Shown one piece after another: positions 1-8,380 of a stretch of DNA of 29,580 nt (positions are counted from its first letter, which is position 1; the number at the start of each line of letters is the position of its first letter). A program made the translations under genes and the position numbers. Where the stretch lies: assembly GCA_964366385.1 (NCBI GenBank), contig CAYITS010000001.1, positions 1 to 29,580 on the forward strand. The letters are read 5' to 3'. The notes under the pieces were generated by a model that worked only from the letters and a program-made list of their open reading frames with translations, ran no database searches and had not been told where the DNA came from. The DNA is from an uncultured Gammaproteobacteria bacterium (lineage in GTDB: Bacteria > Patescibacteriota > Microgenomatia > UBA8517).

Positions 1-212
1 TCTCTGAACTTGACCAAGAAATTAACATTAAAAAACCTTGGGAAAAAGAAGGCGACGAGCTTTACCAAATCTTGAAACCAATCGTCTTGGAAATCCAAAA
101 GATTGCTTTTAACCTTAAACCCTTCCTGCCCGAAACGGCAGAGCAAATCGAAAAGCAATACGCAGAACCAAAGATAAAATCCGGTAAACCGCTTTTCCCC
201 CGATTGAAGTAA
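1..212 (+). CDS. metG: Methionyl-tRNA synthetase, C-terminal fragment (gene starts before window)
   Basis: Frame from nt 3 reads SELDQEINIKKPWEKE...AFNLKPFLPETAEQI...KPLFPRLK* (TAA 210-212). This matches the MetRS anticodon-binding end (IN..KPW, L.PF.PE.A..I, LFPR). Not in the ORF track. Confidence 0.8.
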   Translation, partial: SELDQEINIKKPWEKEGDELYQILKPIVLEIQKIAFNLKPFLPETAEQIEKQYAEPKIKSGKPLFPRLK

Positions 213-221
213 AATATAGTT

Positions 222-743
222 ATGGACGCAAAAGATGCTGTAAGTCCCATATCACCCGAAACGGTTAATTGTAGAGAAATTGGCGTTGTTTCCAATGAGA
301 CAAAAAAGGCTGTGGTTGATGCGGTTACAGAAGTCTTTAAAAAGATGGATTTTGCGGGACAACCGCCAGAGATAATCTCTATTTCTCAAGGAGCAGTAGT
401 CTTACCCGACGGAGAAGAAATAGAGTCATGCTACAATTTTGATCCAGAAAAAAAAGGTAAGCCGGGAAAAATACTTGTGAGTGCTGAAAAATCTAAAGAC
501 GCTTTTAAAGGAAGTGATATTCCCATAGAAGTAGCTACGGCAGCTTTCGCCGCACACGAAGCTGTTGAACATGTCAACCATATGAAGGGAAAAGAACTGT
601 TAATTGGTTCTTCAATAATTCCTAGTCAGATACACGCAAAAAGTCCGACAGAAAATGAAGCCAACTTAATTGCTAGAGAAGTTATAAAAAATCTCTTTGG
701 GTGGACTGTATATTTTGGAGATGAAACACCGCCTGATAATTAG
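222..743 (+). CDS. Hypothetical protein with HExxEH and ENEAN motifs (possible zincin-like metalloprotein)
   Basis: 173-aa ORF filling the space between metG and the GT2 gene. Contains AAHEAVEH and a downstream ENEANLIA. Confidence 0.6.
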   Translation: MDAKDAVSPISPETVNCREIGVVSNETKKAVVDAVTEVFKKMDFAGQPPEIISISQGAVVLPDGEEIESCYNFDPEKKGKPGKILVSAEKSKDAFKGSDIPIEVATAAFAAHEAVEHVNHMKGKELLIGSSIIPSQIHAKSPTENEANLIAREVIKNLFGWTVYFGDETPPDN

Positions 744-761
744 TATCAGTTTTAGATATAT

Positions 762-2252
762 ATGAGAGATTGGATAATCAGACACGACCGGCAGGTTCAA
801 AGACTATTGGAAATTCTGCCCGGATTTACCTCCTGGAATATCATCCTATTTCCCTACTGGGGAATTTTTGTAATGCCAAACGCGGCTGCTTACTTTGTTC
901 TCCTTTTTAATATTTACTGGTTTTATCAATCCATACAAATTGCCGTATCGGCAACTGTCTCACATATAAGAGTCCAGGCTTCTATGCAATATAATTGGCT
1001 CGAGGATATTAAAAGCTTCCCCGACTGGAAAAAGGTCCGCCATATAATAATAATTCCCACCTTCAAAGAACCTCTGCATATTTTAGAAAGAACAATTTCC
1101 TCTCTTACCGCACAAGACCTCCCCAAAAAGCAAATTACGGTAGTTTTGGCCATGGAGGAAAGGGAAGAGCTTCAAGACAGAAATGAAAAATGGAAAATGC
1201 TGAACGTTAAATTTGAAAAGACATTCGGCAAATTCTTTATAACCGTCCACAAACTTGCCTCCGGAGAAGTTGCGGGAAAGGCGTCAAACGAACGCTATGC
1301 CGCACTTGAAGTAAAAGGAAAACTAATCGATAAAGAGAAAATGAACATCAACTACATGACGGTTACGAGTTGCGATGCAGACCATAAATTCCACCCCAAA
1401 CATTTCTCCTGCCTGACCTACAATTTTCTGGACAACCCCCAAAGACACTTAATGTTCTGGCAGCCGGCGGTAATGCCAAACAATAATATCTGGAGGCTTC
1501 CCGCCCTAACCAGGGTTCCCAACACATTTGTATCTATCTTTAACCTCTCCCAGCTTTCAAGACGCGATAGACTAATCAACGCCCAAAATTACTCCTTATC
1601 TTTCAAGCTTTTAGACGATGTCGGATATTGGGACCCGGACAAGATTCCCGAAGATTGGGGAATATTTTTTAAGGCTTTTTATAAAAAGCGGGGTCTTGTC
1701 GAAGTCGAGCCGATTTATCTTCCTTTATATGCCGATGCCGCGGAATCTACAACTTTTTTCAAAACCCTAAAAAGTCAATACGAACAGTTTAAACGCTGGG
1801 CTTGGGGAGTCTCGGACGATCCCTGGATAATAAAGAACTATTTTCTTACGCCCGGGGTTCCTTTTTGGAATAAAACAATGAGGTTGATTTATGTTTTTTG
1901 GTCTCACTTCCTCTGGCCGGTAAACTGGTTTGTCATCACCCTTGGTCTTACCATTCCCACTCTTCTCAATCCCGCCTTCGGCAGAACAACCCTAGGCTAC
2001 ACAGTTCCCAAACTTTCCTCATATGTATTGACAGTCGCACTTTTATTCCTTCTTGTTATGATAATTATCGACAGTTTCTATAAACCAAAAAGGCCAAAAG
2101 GAATCCCTGCCTGGAGATCAATTATTGCTCCCCTTGAATTTATCTTAATGCCTGTCGCCGGGTTTTTCTTCTCGGCTCTTCCGGGAATTGATGCCCATAC
2201 AAGATTGATGTTGGGGAAATATATCCAGTACAAAGTTACGGAGAAAGTCTGA
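762..2252 (+). CDS. Membrane-bound processive-type family 2 glycosyltransferase
   Basis: CDAD (DxD), EDW and QFKRW (QxxRW) motifs, with N- and C-terminal hydrophobic helices. Confidence 0.85.
   Translation: MRDWIIRHDRQVQRLLEILPGFTSWNIILFPYWGIFVMPNAAAYFVLLFNIYWFYQSIQIAVSATVSHIRVQASMQYNWLEDIKSFPDWKKVRHIIIIPTFKEPLHILERTISSLTAQDLPKKQITVVLAMEEREELQDRNEKWKMLNVKFEKTFGKFFITVHKLASGEVAGKASNERYAALEVKGKLIDKEKMNINYMTVTSCDADHKFHPKHFSCLTYNFLDNPQRHLMFWQPAVMPNNNIWRLPALTRVPNTFVSIFNLSQLSRRDRLINAQNYSLSFKLLDDVGYWDPDKIPEDWGIFFKAFYKKRGLVEVEPIYLPLYADAAESTTFFKTLKSQYEQFKRWAWGVSDDPWIIKNYFLTPGVPFWNKTMRLIYVFWSHFLWPVNWFVITLGLTIPTLLNPAFGRTTLGYTVPKLSSYVLTVALLFLLVMIIIDSFYKPKRPKGIPAWRSIIAPLEFILMPVAGFFFSALPGIDAHTRLMLGKYIQYKVTEKV
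1184..1218 (+). repeat. Degenerate heptamer tandem array inside the GT2 ORF
   Basis: tgaaaaa tggaaaa tgctgaa cgttaaa tttgaaa, encoding NEKWKMLNVKFE. Confidence 0.5.
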
Positions 2253-2258
2253 GTCTAA

Positions 2259-2286
2259 TTTTAAATTTGAAATTTCAAATTTTTAA
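2259..2286. repeat. Heptamer array / AT-rich dyad between convergent genes
   Basis: ttttaaa tttgaaa tttcaaa tttttaa. The central tttgaaa-tttcaaa is a perfect palindrome. Confidence 0.6.
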
Positions 2287-3227
2287 TTGTTTTTGTAGTA
2301 TTCAATTGTCTTTTTAAGCCCGTCTTCAATTTTTACTTTAGGTTCCCAACCCAAAACCTCTTTTGCTTTTGATATGTCCGGCTGCCTTTGCATGGGATCA
2401 TCTTGAGGAAGAGGCTCAAAGACAAGTTTCGACTTTGCACCTGTTATTTCCTTAATTTTTTCAGCGAGTTCAAGCACGGTATACTCTTCCGGATTTCCAA
2501 GATTAAAGATTTCTCCTTTTGTTTTTTTACTAAACATTGCTTTATATATCCACTCAACCATGTCGGATACATAACAGAAGGATCTCGTCTGTTTTCCATC
2601 CCCGTAGATTGTTAAATTTTTTCCCCCAATTGCCTGATTAATAAAATTGGAAACCACCCTGCCGTCATCTTTCTGCATCTTGGGGCCGTAGGTATTAAAA
2701 ATTCTGACTACTCTTGCGTCAAGACCGTATTTATGAATAAACACATACGAGGCCGCTTCCGAAAAGCGCTTCGACTCATCGTAGCAAGCGCGCGGTCCAA
2801 ATGAATTCGCATTCCCCCAATATGTTTCTTTTTGAGGATGCTCCAGGGGATCTCCATACACTTCTGACGTAGAAGCAATTAAAACTTTTGCATTTGTATC
2901 TTTTGCAAGATTTAAAATATTCAAAGTCCCTATCGAGTTAACCAACAAAATTTCCTCAGGTATCCCCTGAAAATCAGCCGGTGAAGCGGGTGAAGCAAGA
3001 TGAAAAATATGGCTAATGACTAATGGATAATGGATAATGGAATTGGTTACATCGGCTTCTATAAATTCAAAATTAAGGTTACCAAGAAATTCTTGAATAT
3101 TCTTTTTGCTTCCGGTGATCAAATTGTCGACGCAAATCACCAAGTATCCGGCACCCAGGAGCTTCTTGCAAAGGTGTGAACCAATGAACCCCGCCCCGCC
3201 GGTCACCAAAACTTTTTGCACATTCAT
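2283..3227 (-). CDS. NAD-dependent epimerase/dehydratase, UDP-glucuronate decarboxylase (UDP-xylose synthase)-like
   Basis: VLVTGGAGFIGSHL, HLASPASP, STSEVYGDP, YDESKR (YxxxK), RIFNTYGP, GRVVSNFI, QTRSFCYV, DDPMQRQPDI. Start moved to the ATG at 3227 (MNVQKVLVTGG). Confidence 0.9.
   Translation of the reverse strand: MNVQKVLVTGGAGFIGSHLCKKLLGAGYLVICVDNLITGSKKNIQEFLGNLNFEFIEADVTNSIIHYPLVISHIFHLASPASPADFQGIPEEILLVNSIGTLNILNLAKDTNAKVLIASTSEVYGDPLEHPQKETYWGNANSFGPRACYDESKRFSEAASYVFIHKYGLDARVVRIFNTYGPKMQKDDGRVVSNFINQAIGGKNLTIYGDGKQTRSFCYVSDMVEWIYKAMFSKKTKGEIFNLGNPEEYTVLELAEKIKEITGAKSKLVFEPLPQDDPMQRQPDISKAKEVLGWEPKVKIEDGLKKTIEYYKNN
3010..3044 (+). repeat. Heptamer tandem array inside the epimerase ORF
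   Basis: tggctaa tgactaa tggataa tggataa tggaatt, encoding NSIIHYPLVISH on the minus strand. Confidence 0.7.
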
Positions 3228-3245
3228 ATGATACACTAATTTAGG

Positions 3246-4751
3246 ATGAAAAGATTTCTGAAAAAATGCCATATTCCCAACTGGCTTTTGCTTATTCTTC
3301 TCTTGGTCTTTATTTTAAGAATCCCCTCATTCTTCGAACCTTTTTACTATGGAGATGAGATGATTTACCTAACCTTGGGTGAGGGAATAAAACAGGGAGT
3401 TCCTCTATATTCAGGTTTATACGATAATAAACCCCCGCTTTTATACTTAACTGCTGCCGCTGCCGGAAATGTTTTTTGGTTTAGGGCAATTCTTGCCTTT
3501 TGGTCTTTGGCAACTATTATTCTTTTTTGGCACCTGGCTAAAAAACTCTTTCCCCCGCTAAGCGGGGCTTCGCCCAAAATGAAACTTCAACAGATTGCCA
3601 CCGCCATTTTTGCGCTTCTGACAACCATTCCTCTCTTGGAAGGAAATATGGCTAACGCGGAGAATTTCCTGATAGGTCCGGTTATGGCCGCCTTTTTGAT
3701 TCTATTTAACAAAAAACTTACCTTTAAAAAGATATTTCTGGCCGGGCTTCTCTTTTCCGTCGCCGCTCTTTTTAAAATCCCGGCCGTCTTTGACCTTCCG
3801 GTAATAATCGTCTTCTGGGTGATAACCGGCTTGGTTAAAAAAGAAGATTTCAAAAAAATTGCTAAAAATACAGCTGCCCTCGGACTTGGGTTTATTCTGC
3901 CTATTCTTCTAACTTTTATCTGGTTTAAATTCCAAGGAGCGTTTAAAGAATATCTTATTGCCGCCTTCCTGCAAAACTTGGGTTATCTTTCAAGCTGGAA
4001 GGGCCAGGAAATTAAACAGGGACCTTTCCTGGTAAAAAATGCGGCTTTTTTGATTAGAGCCGGCGTTGTGTTTTTGGGATCGGCAATTGTGTTTCTGCTT
4101 CGAAAAAAACTCTCCCGGCAGTTTATTTTTTTAACAGTTTGGCTGCTCTTCACCCTTTTTGCCGTGACTCTTTCCGAAAGGCCGTACCCCCACTATTTAA
4201 TCCAGTCCCTGGCGCCCGTATCTTTGCTTCTTGCCGTTCTTTTCACCCAAAAGACCTACGAACAGTCTCTGGTCATAATTCCTTTATTAATATTTTTCGT
4301 TGTGCCTATATACTACAAATTCTGGATTTACCCAACGGCTTCCTACTATACCCGCTTTTCTCAATTCGCAACTAAAAAAATAAATAAAGAGGAGTATTTT
4401 GCCAAATTCAGCCCAAGTACAAACAGAAACTATAAAATTGCAGATTTTCTGCAAATATCAAGCAGGCCGGATGATAAGGTGTTTGTATGGAGCCCGGATT
4501 CTCCGGTCATTTATGCCCTTTCGAGAAGGCTCCCCCCCATAAAATACGTTGCGGAATATCACATTAACGATTTTTCAAGCAAAAACGAGACGGCGCTTGC
4601 GCTCTCGCAAAATCCGGCAAAATTTATAATTATTACCCCGGAAGCACCTGCCTTCCCGGAAATTACCCCTCTTTTAAGGCAAAAGTATATCTTAATCAAT
4701 AATATAGAAGGCGCCGACGTTTGGAGCCTGCTTAGAACATATCGGGAATAA
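3246..4751 (+). CDS. GT-C fold membrane glycosyltransferase (ArnT/PMT/GT39-like)
   Basis: Many TM helices, YGDE motif in the first loop, DNKPP motif and a C-terminal soluble domain. Confidence 0.75.
   Translation: MKRFLKKCHIPNWLLLILLLVFILRIPSFFEPFYYGDEMIYLTLGEGIKQGVPLYSGLYDNKPPLLYLTAAAAGNVFWFRAILAFWSLATIILFWHLAKKLFPPLSGASPKMKLQQIATAIFALLTTIPLLEGNMANAENFLIGPVMAAFLILFNKKLTFKKIFLAGLLFSVAALFKIPAVFDLPVIIVFWVITGLVKKEDFKKIAKNTAALGLGFILPILLTFIWFKFQGAFKEYLIAAFLQNLGYLSSWKGQEIKQGPFLVKNAAFLIRAGVVFLGSAIVFLLRKKLSRQFIFLTVWLLFTLFAVTLSERPYPHYLIQSLAPVSLLLAVLFTQKTYEQSLVIIPLLIFFVVPIYYKFWIYPTASYYTRFSQFATKKINKEEYFAKFSPSTNRNYKIADFLQISSRPDDKVFVWSPDSPVIYALSRRLPPIKYVAEYHINDFSSKNETALALSQNPAKFIIITPEAPAFPEITPLLRQKYILINNIEGADVWSLLRTYRE
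3553..3575. repeat. REP-like GC hairpin inside the GT-C ORF
   Basis: CCCCGC-TAA-GCGGGG (6-bp stem, 3-nt loop) overlapping GGGC-TTC-GCCC, encoding PPLSGASP. Confidence 0.55.
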
Positions 4752-4753
4752 CA

Positions 4754-5080
4754 ATGACCACACCCTTAAAAAAGACCTTTATCATTTCTTTTTCGATCGG
4801 CGTTCTTTCAATACTGTTTGCATTTGCTGCTCAATCGTTTCTTCCTCCGCAAATTCCCCTTTACTACGGCCTCCCTGTCGGAGAAGAACAAATATCTTCT
4901 TCCTTGGGTCTGGTTATACCCGGCGCGGTGTCGCTTTTGATTCTCACCGTTAACTTTATCCTGATAAAAATTATCAGAGAGGAATTTTTAAAAAAAGTCC
5001 TGGCAACCGCCGCTTTAATCGCATCTTTCTTTGCAATAGTAACAACATATAAAATTATCTTTCTCGTCGGCAGTTTTTAA
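4754..5080 (+). CDS. Small membrane protein, DUF1648-like
   Basis: 108 aa with three hydrophobic segments and LPPQIPLYYG after the first helix. Confidence 0.6.
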   Translation: MTTPLKKTFIISFSIGVLSILFAFAAQSFLPPQIPLYYGLPVGEEQISSSLGLVIPGAVSLLILTVNFILIKIIREEFLKKVLATAALIASFFAIVTTYKIIFLVGSF

Positions 5081-5086
5081 ACAACG

Positions 5087-6172
5087 ATGCCTCTATTTTT
5101 TAGTTTAGCTCTTTTACCGGGTGCCATAGCGGCCTTAATTGCCTTTTTGGCTACACCTCTGGTAATTAAACTTGCCAAAAAAATAAACATCATCGACGAT
5201 CCTAAAAAACACCGGCACGCTAAAGTAATCCATACCTACCCCGTCCCCCGCGGTGGAGGATTGGCAACTTTCATTGCCATTATCGTTACCTCTTTTATTT
5301 TTCTACCCGCAGACAAACATTTGCTCGGAATTATGTTTGGTGCGGTTTTGCTTACCTTAATCGGAATACTGGACGATAAATACGACTTAAATCCTTATTT
5401 AAGACTCTCTTTTGGTTTTCTGGCGGCGGCGGCGCCAATTGCGGCCGGTATCGGAATTGCTTTTATTTCCCGCCCCGGAGGAGGAATTATTGACCTATCC
5501 CACCCGCAAATTTCCTTTTCTCTTTGGGACAAAGAGCGAAGTATTTGGATTTTGGCTGATATTTTCGCCTTGGGTTGGATCGTTTTTATTATGAACATGC
5601 TTAATATGGGGGCTAAAGGAGTAGACGGACAGCTTCCGGGAGTCGTTGTTGTTTCGGCGACAGCCATTGCCGCTCTGTCCCTAAAATTCTCCGCAGATAT
5701 CACCCAGTGGCCGGTTGTTATTTTGGCATCAATTCTTGCGGGAGCATACCTCGGTTTTTTACCCTGGAATTTTTACCCGCAGAAAATAATGCCGGGATAC
5801 GCCGGGTCAACTTTAGCGGGGTACTTTCTAGCAGTACTGTCAATTCTGTCGACGACAAAAGTCGGAATTTTAATGGTGGTGTTGGGAGTTCCCCTAATTG
5901 ACACCGGATACGTAATTCTGCGGCGTATTCTATCAGGGAAATCTCCGGTTTGGGGTGACAGAGGGCATCTTCACCATCGGCTTTTGGATATTGGTTGGGG
6001 AAAAAGAAAGGTGGCTGTCTTTTACTGGTTAATTACTCTTGTTCTGGGAATTCTTGCTCTTTATTTGAACACCTCCTTTAAGTTGTATACAATGGTCGGA
6101 GCAACCCTGGCAATCGGAGCATTGTTATTATGGATCACTTATCGGCCAAAGACAACAAACCAAAAGAAATAG
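5087..6172 (+). CDS. MraY/WecA/TagO family polyprenyl-phosphate HexNAc-1-phosphate transferase
   Basis: PVPRGGG, IGILDD, NMLNMGAKGVDG, WNFYPQKIMPG, GDRGHLHHRLL and many TM helices. Confidence 0.9.
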   Translation: MPLFFSLALLPGAIAALIAFLATPLVIKLAKKINIIDDPKKHRHAKVIHTYPVPRGGGLATFIAIIVTSFIFLPADKHLLGIMFGAVLLTLIGILDDKYDLNPYLRLSFGFLAAAAPIAAGIGIAFISRPGGGIIDLSHPQISFSLWDKERSIWILADIFALGWIVFIMNMLNMGAKGVDGQLPGVVVVSATAIAALSLKFSADITQWPVVILASILAGAYLGFLPWNFYPQKIMPGYAGSTLAGYFLAVLSILSTTKVGILMVVLGVPLIDTGYVILRRILSGKSPVWGDRGHLHHRLLDIGWGKRKVAVFYWLITLVLGILALYLNTSFKLYTMVGATLAIGALLLWITYRPKTTNQKK

Positions 6173-7113
6173 CCAACTTCTCCTTCTTCATAGCCGCCGT
6201 GCAGGCAGCCAGACCCGTACATTGGATTAAAAACTTTGCTCTCTTTGCGGCTTTGGTATTTACGGGAGACCTTTTTGAGTCACTTTTTTTTATGAAAGTC
6301 CTTCTGGCTTTTATCGCCTTCAATTTTGCAACCTCGGCCACATATATTGTAAACGACGTGTTTGACGCCAAATCCGACCGCCTTCACCCCATCAAAAAAT
6401 TTAGACCCGTCGCCTCGGGAAGACTGCCTGTAACATTTGCCGTTATTGAAGGTTTGGGGCTTGCCGTACTGGCACTGCTGCTGGCCGCAGGTTTAAATCC
6501 GCTTTTTTATTACACTATGCTTGCCTACTTGGGAATCCAGGTTCTTTACAGTATCGGGCTTAAAAATATCCCCATCTTGGACATCTTAATTATCGCGACA
6601 GGTTTTATTATCCGGGTTTATGCCGGAGCTTTCGTCATCAACGCCCATCTCTCCGTCTGGTTTTTGCTTTGTGTCATCTCGGTGGCTCTTTTCTTGGCTT
6701 CGGGTAAAAGGAGAGCAGAGTTTAATATGGTCAGGGACACGGAAGCAGTCACCAGGAAAAGCCTCAAGCGTTATAAAAAAGAACTTCTAAATTCATACGT
6801 GACCATGTTTGGAAATGCTGCCTGGATGAGTTGGGCTCTTTTTACCTTCTTCGAATCCCCCAAAGCTTCTCTTCCCGTATGGCTTTTTTTGGCTGAACTT
6901 TCCCGAACAACCACCATCAACAAGCTTCTGATGGTTACAATCCCGATCGTAATTTTCGGGATCATGCGCTACGAATATCTCATTTTTGAGGGCAGAAGCG
7001 AAGCTCCCGAAAAAGTACTCCTGACCGACAAAGCCTTAATCATCACAATTGTCGTCTGGACAACACTCATCATCTGGATTTTTTACGGCGGCGTCTCGAC
7101 AATTGGAATTTAA
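6130..7113 (+). CDS. UbiA-family prenyltransferase, decaprenyl-phosphate phosphoribosyltransferase (DPPR synthase)-like
   Basis: RPVHWIKN, YIVNDVFDAKSDRLHPIKKFRPVASG, LKNIPILD, LASGKRRAE, PEKVLLTD. An alternative GTG start at 6199 would avoid the overlap with the upstream gene. Confidence 0.85.
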   Translation: MDHLSAKDNKPKEIANFSFFIAAVQAARPVHWIKNFALFAALVFTGDLFESLFFMKVLLAFIAFNFATSATYIVNDVFDAKSDRLHPIKKFRPVASGRLPVTFAVIEGLGLAVLALLLAAGLNPLFYYTMLAYLGIQVLYSIGLKNIPILDILIIATGFIIRVYAGAFVINAHLSVWFLLCVISVALFLASGKRRAEFNMVRDTEAVTRKSLKRYKKELLNSYVTMFGNAAWMSWALFTFFESPKASLPVWLFLAELSRTTTINKLLMVTIPIVIFGIMRYEYLIFEGRSEAPEKVLLTDKALIITIVVWTTLIIWIFYGGVSTIGI

Positions 7114-7130
7114 AATTGAAAAATTAGCGC

Positions 7131-7238
7131 TTACCAAATTGTTTGAACATGAGAGTAGGTTCTGATTTTTTTGTCTGAAGAAAGCTTTTTAGGGTTTGAT
7201 AGCCACCAGACAAGAACATGAGTATCTAAGAGTATCAC
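7131..7238 (-). pseudogene. vapC: VapC/PIN toxin remnant with an in-frame internal deletion
   Basis: GTG start overlaps the antitoxin stop (GTGA). Reads MILLDTHVLVWWLSNPKKLSSDKKIRTYSHVQTIW* (35 aa), i.e. a PIN N-terminus joined directly to a PIN C-terminus. Too short for the ORF track. Confidence 0.8.
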
Positions 7239-7459
7239 TTAAGAGCCTCCCAATCCTCCAACCCGACGGGTTCTGTTGGATCTTCATATTTAATAACACT
7301 TCCCAATAGCGCCTTCAAGGGAAATGTCTTTTCTTTCCTATATGGAGCAATTTTAACAACAGGCTCTCCCAGATGAGTAATAAGTATCGGTTCGTCTTTT
7401 GTTTCGACCAACCTTAAATATTCCAAGGCCTTGGCTTTAAACTCAGATAAGGATTTTTT
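7235..7459 (-). pseudogene. Phd/YefM family antitoxin lacking a canonical start for its N-terminus
   Basis: Open frame KKSLSEFKAKALEYLRLVETKDEPILITHLGEPVVKI...EDPTEPVGLEDWEALK*. An in-frame TAA lies at 7462-7460, and the first possible start is TTG at 7426. Confidence 0.7.
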
Positions 7460-8279
7460 TTACAAACTCCCCCGAAACCCAACCTTCCTTTCCTTCTTCA
7501 TATTCAATCTTAAACCAACCGGTTTTACTGTCTTCTTCGATGTATTTGAATTTTTCTCCCGATTTAACTTTTACAAGCTCGTCCGCTGTTGTGCTCGGCT
7601 CCGACCTTACTCTCAAGAAACCGTTTGGTGTGGCAAGAATTTCAACTTGGTACGTCTTTTCAGGCTCTTTTGGTTGTTCGTCCCGGGTTTCTTCTTTGGG
7701 TAAATCTGAATTCACAGCAAGTTTTACGATCGCAGTTAGTTTGTATCCCGTTATCGTCTTTACGGTAAAAGTTCTTTCTTTAAACCTTTCGGCCGACACC
7801 GCAACTTGATGTTCACCTGCACTTATATCCGTAATCTTGATTGGAGCAAATCCCCTAATTTGACCGTCTATGGAAACTTGCGCGGAATCGGGAACGGAAA
7901 TAACCGCCAAACTCGTTTCCTTTACTCCTACTTTTTCAAAAGATATGACCTCACCTGCCGAAGTTTCATCGCTTTCTCCGAACTCCCTTTTGATTATCGT
8001 TTTTATTCCGGTCCCAAGGTTAACTTTAGTTTCATACGGAACCAGGGGTTTACCCAAAGATTCGGGAATAAGTTTAACCACAACCTCGGAAGGGGTTTTT
8101 GTCATTTCATAAGGAGTACGGCCAACCTGAACCCCGTCGATATAAACCGAAGCCGTAGGGGTTGTTTCTATCAATATTCCCGCTTTTTTAGGTTTGAAAT
8201 ACCCCACCAGAAAAAAAGTCAGCCCAATCACAAACAACACCCCCACAAAAGCAAAGATAACTTTCTCAAGCCTTTTCAT
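7443..8279 (-). CDS. Membrane-anchored PEGA-domain protein with C-terminal SH3b-like domain
   Basis: N-terminal TM helix, two PEGA-like repeats (IETTPTASVYIDG..VGRTP; ISVPDSAQVSIDG..RGFAP), and C-terminal LRVRSEPS...GWFKIEY..GKEGWVSGEFV. Confidence 0.8.
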   Translation of the reverse strand: MKRLEKVIFAFVGVLFVIGLTFFLVGYFKPKKAGILIETTPTASVYIDGVQVGRTPYEMTKTPSEVVVKLIPESLGKPLVPYETKVNLGTGIKTIIKREFGESDETSAGEVISFEKVGVKETSLAVISVPDSAQVSIDGQIRGFAPIKITDISAGEHQVAVSAERFKERTFTVKTITGYKLTAIVKLAVNSDLPKEETRDEQPKEPEKTYQVEILATPNGFLRVRSEPSTTADELVKVKSGEKFKYIEEDSKTGWFKIEYEEGKEGWVSGEFVKKILI

Positions 8280-8343
8280 TGTGTAAGAAGTTTAGCACGA
8301 GATGAAGCTAGAAAACAAGGCGTTGACACAACACCGATAGGGT

Positions 8344-8372
8344 TTGTATTTAAGGATCAAAAAGGTTAAAAT
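8344..8372 (+). promoter_or_regulatory. Putative sigma70 promoter for the tRNA/GIY-YIG locus
   Basis: TTGTAT-N17-TAAAAT ending 8 nt before G8381, the first base of the split tRNA. Confidence 0.5.
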
Positions 8373-8380
8373 TGGCTTAC

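Noticed and set aside
3228-3272. Longest-ORF starts at 3272, 9728, 19294, 20955 and 22666
   Set aside because: These extensions overlap neighbouring genes or promoters. Downstream ATGs (3227, 9770, 19252, 21024, 22726) match family N-termini.
6130-7113. UbiA as the quinone source for PyrD
   Set aside because: Its motifs (RP..WIKN, HP.K..RP..SG, KRR.E) fit the DPPR-synthase-like subgroup, and its context is glycan synthesis.
7806-8369. 187-aa plus-strand ORF (and 7431-7703, 7540-7809, 7870-8112)
   Set aside because: Antisense to the PEGA/SH3 gene, with no protein-like features.
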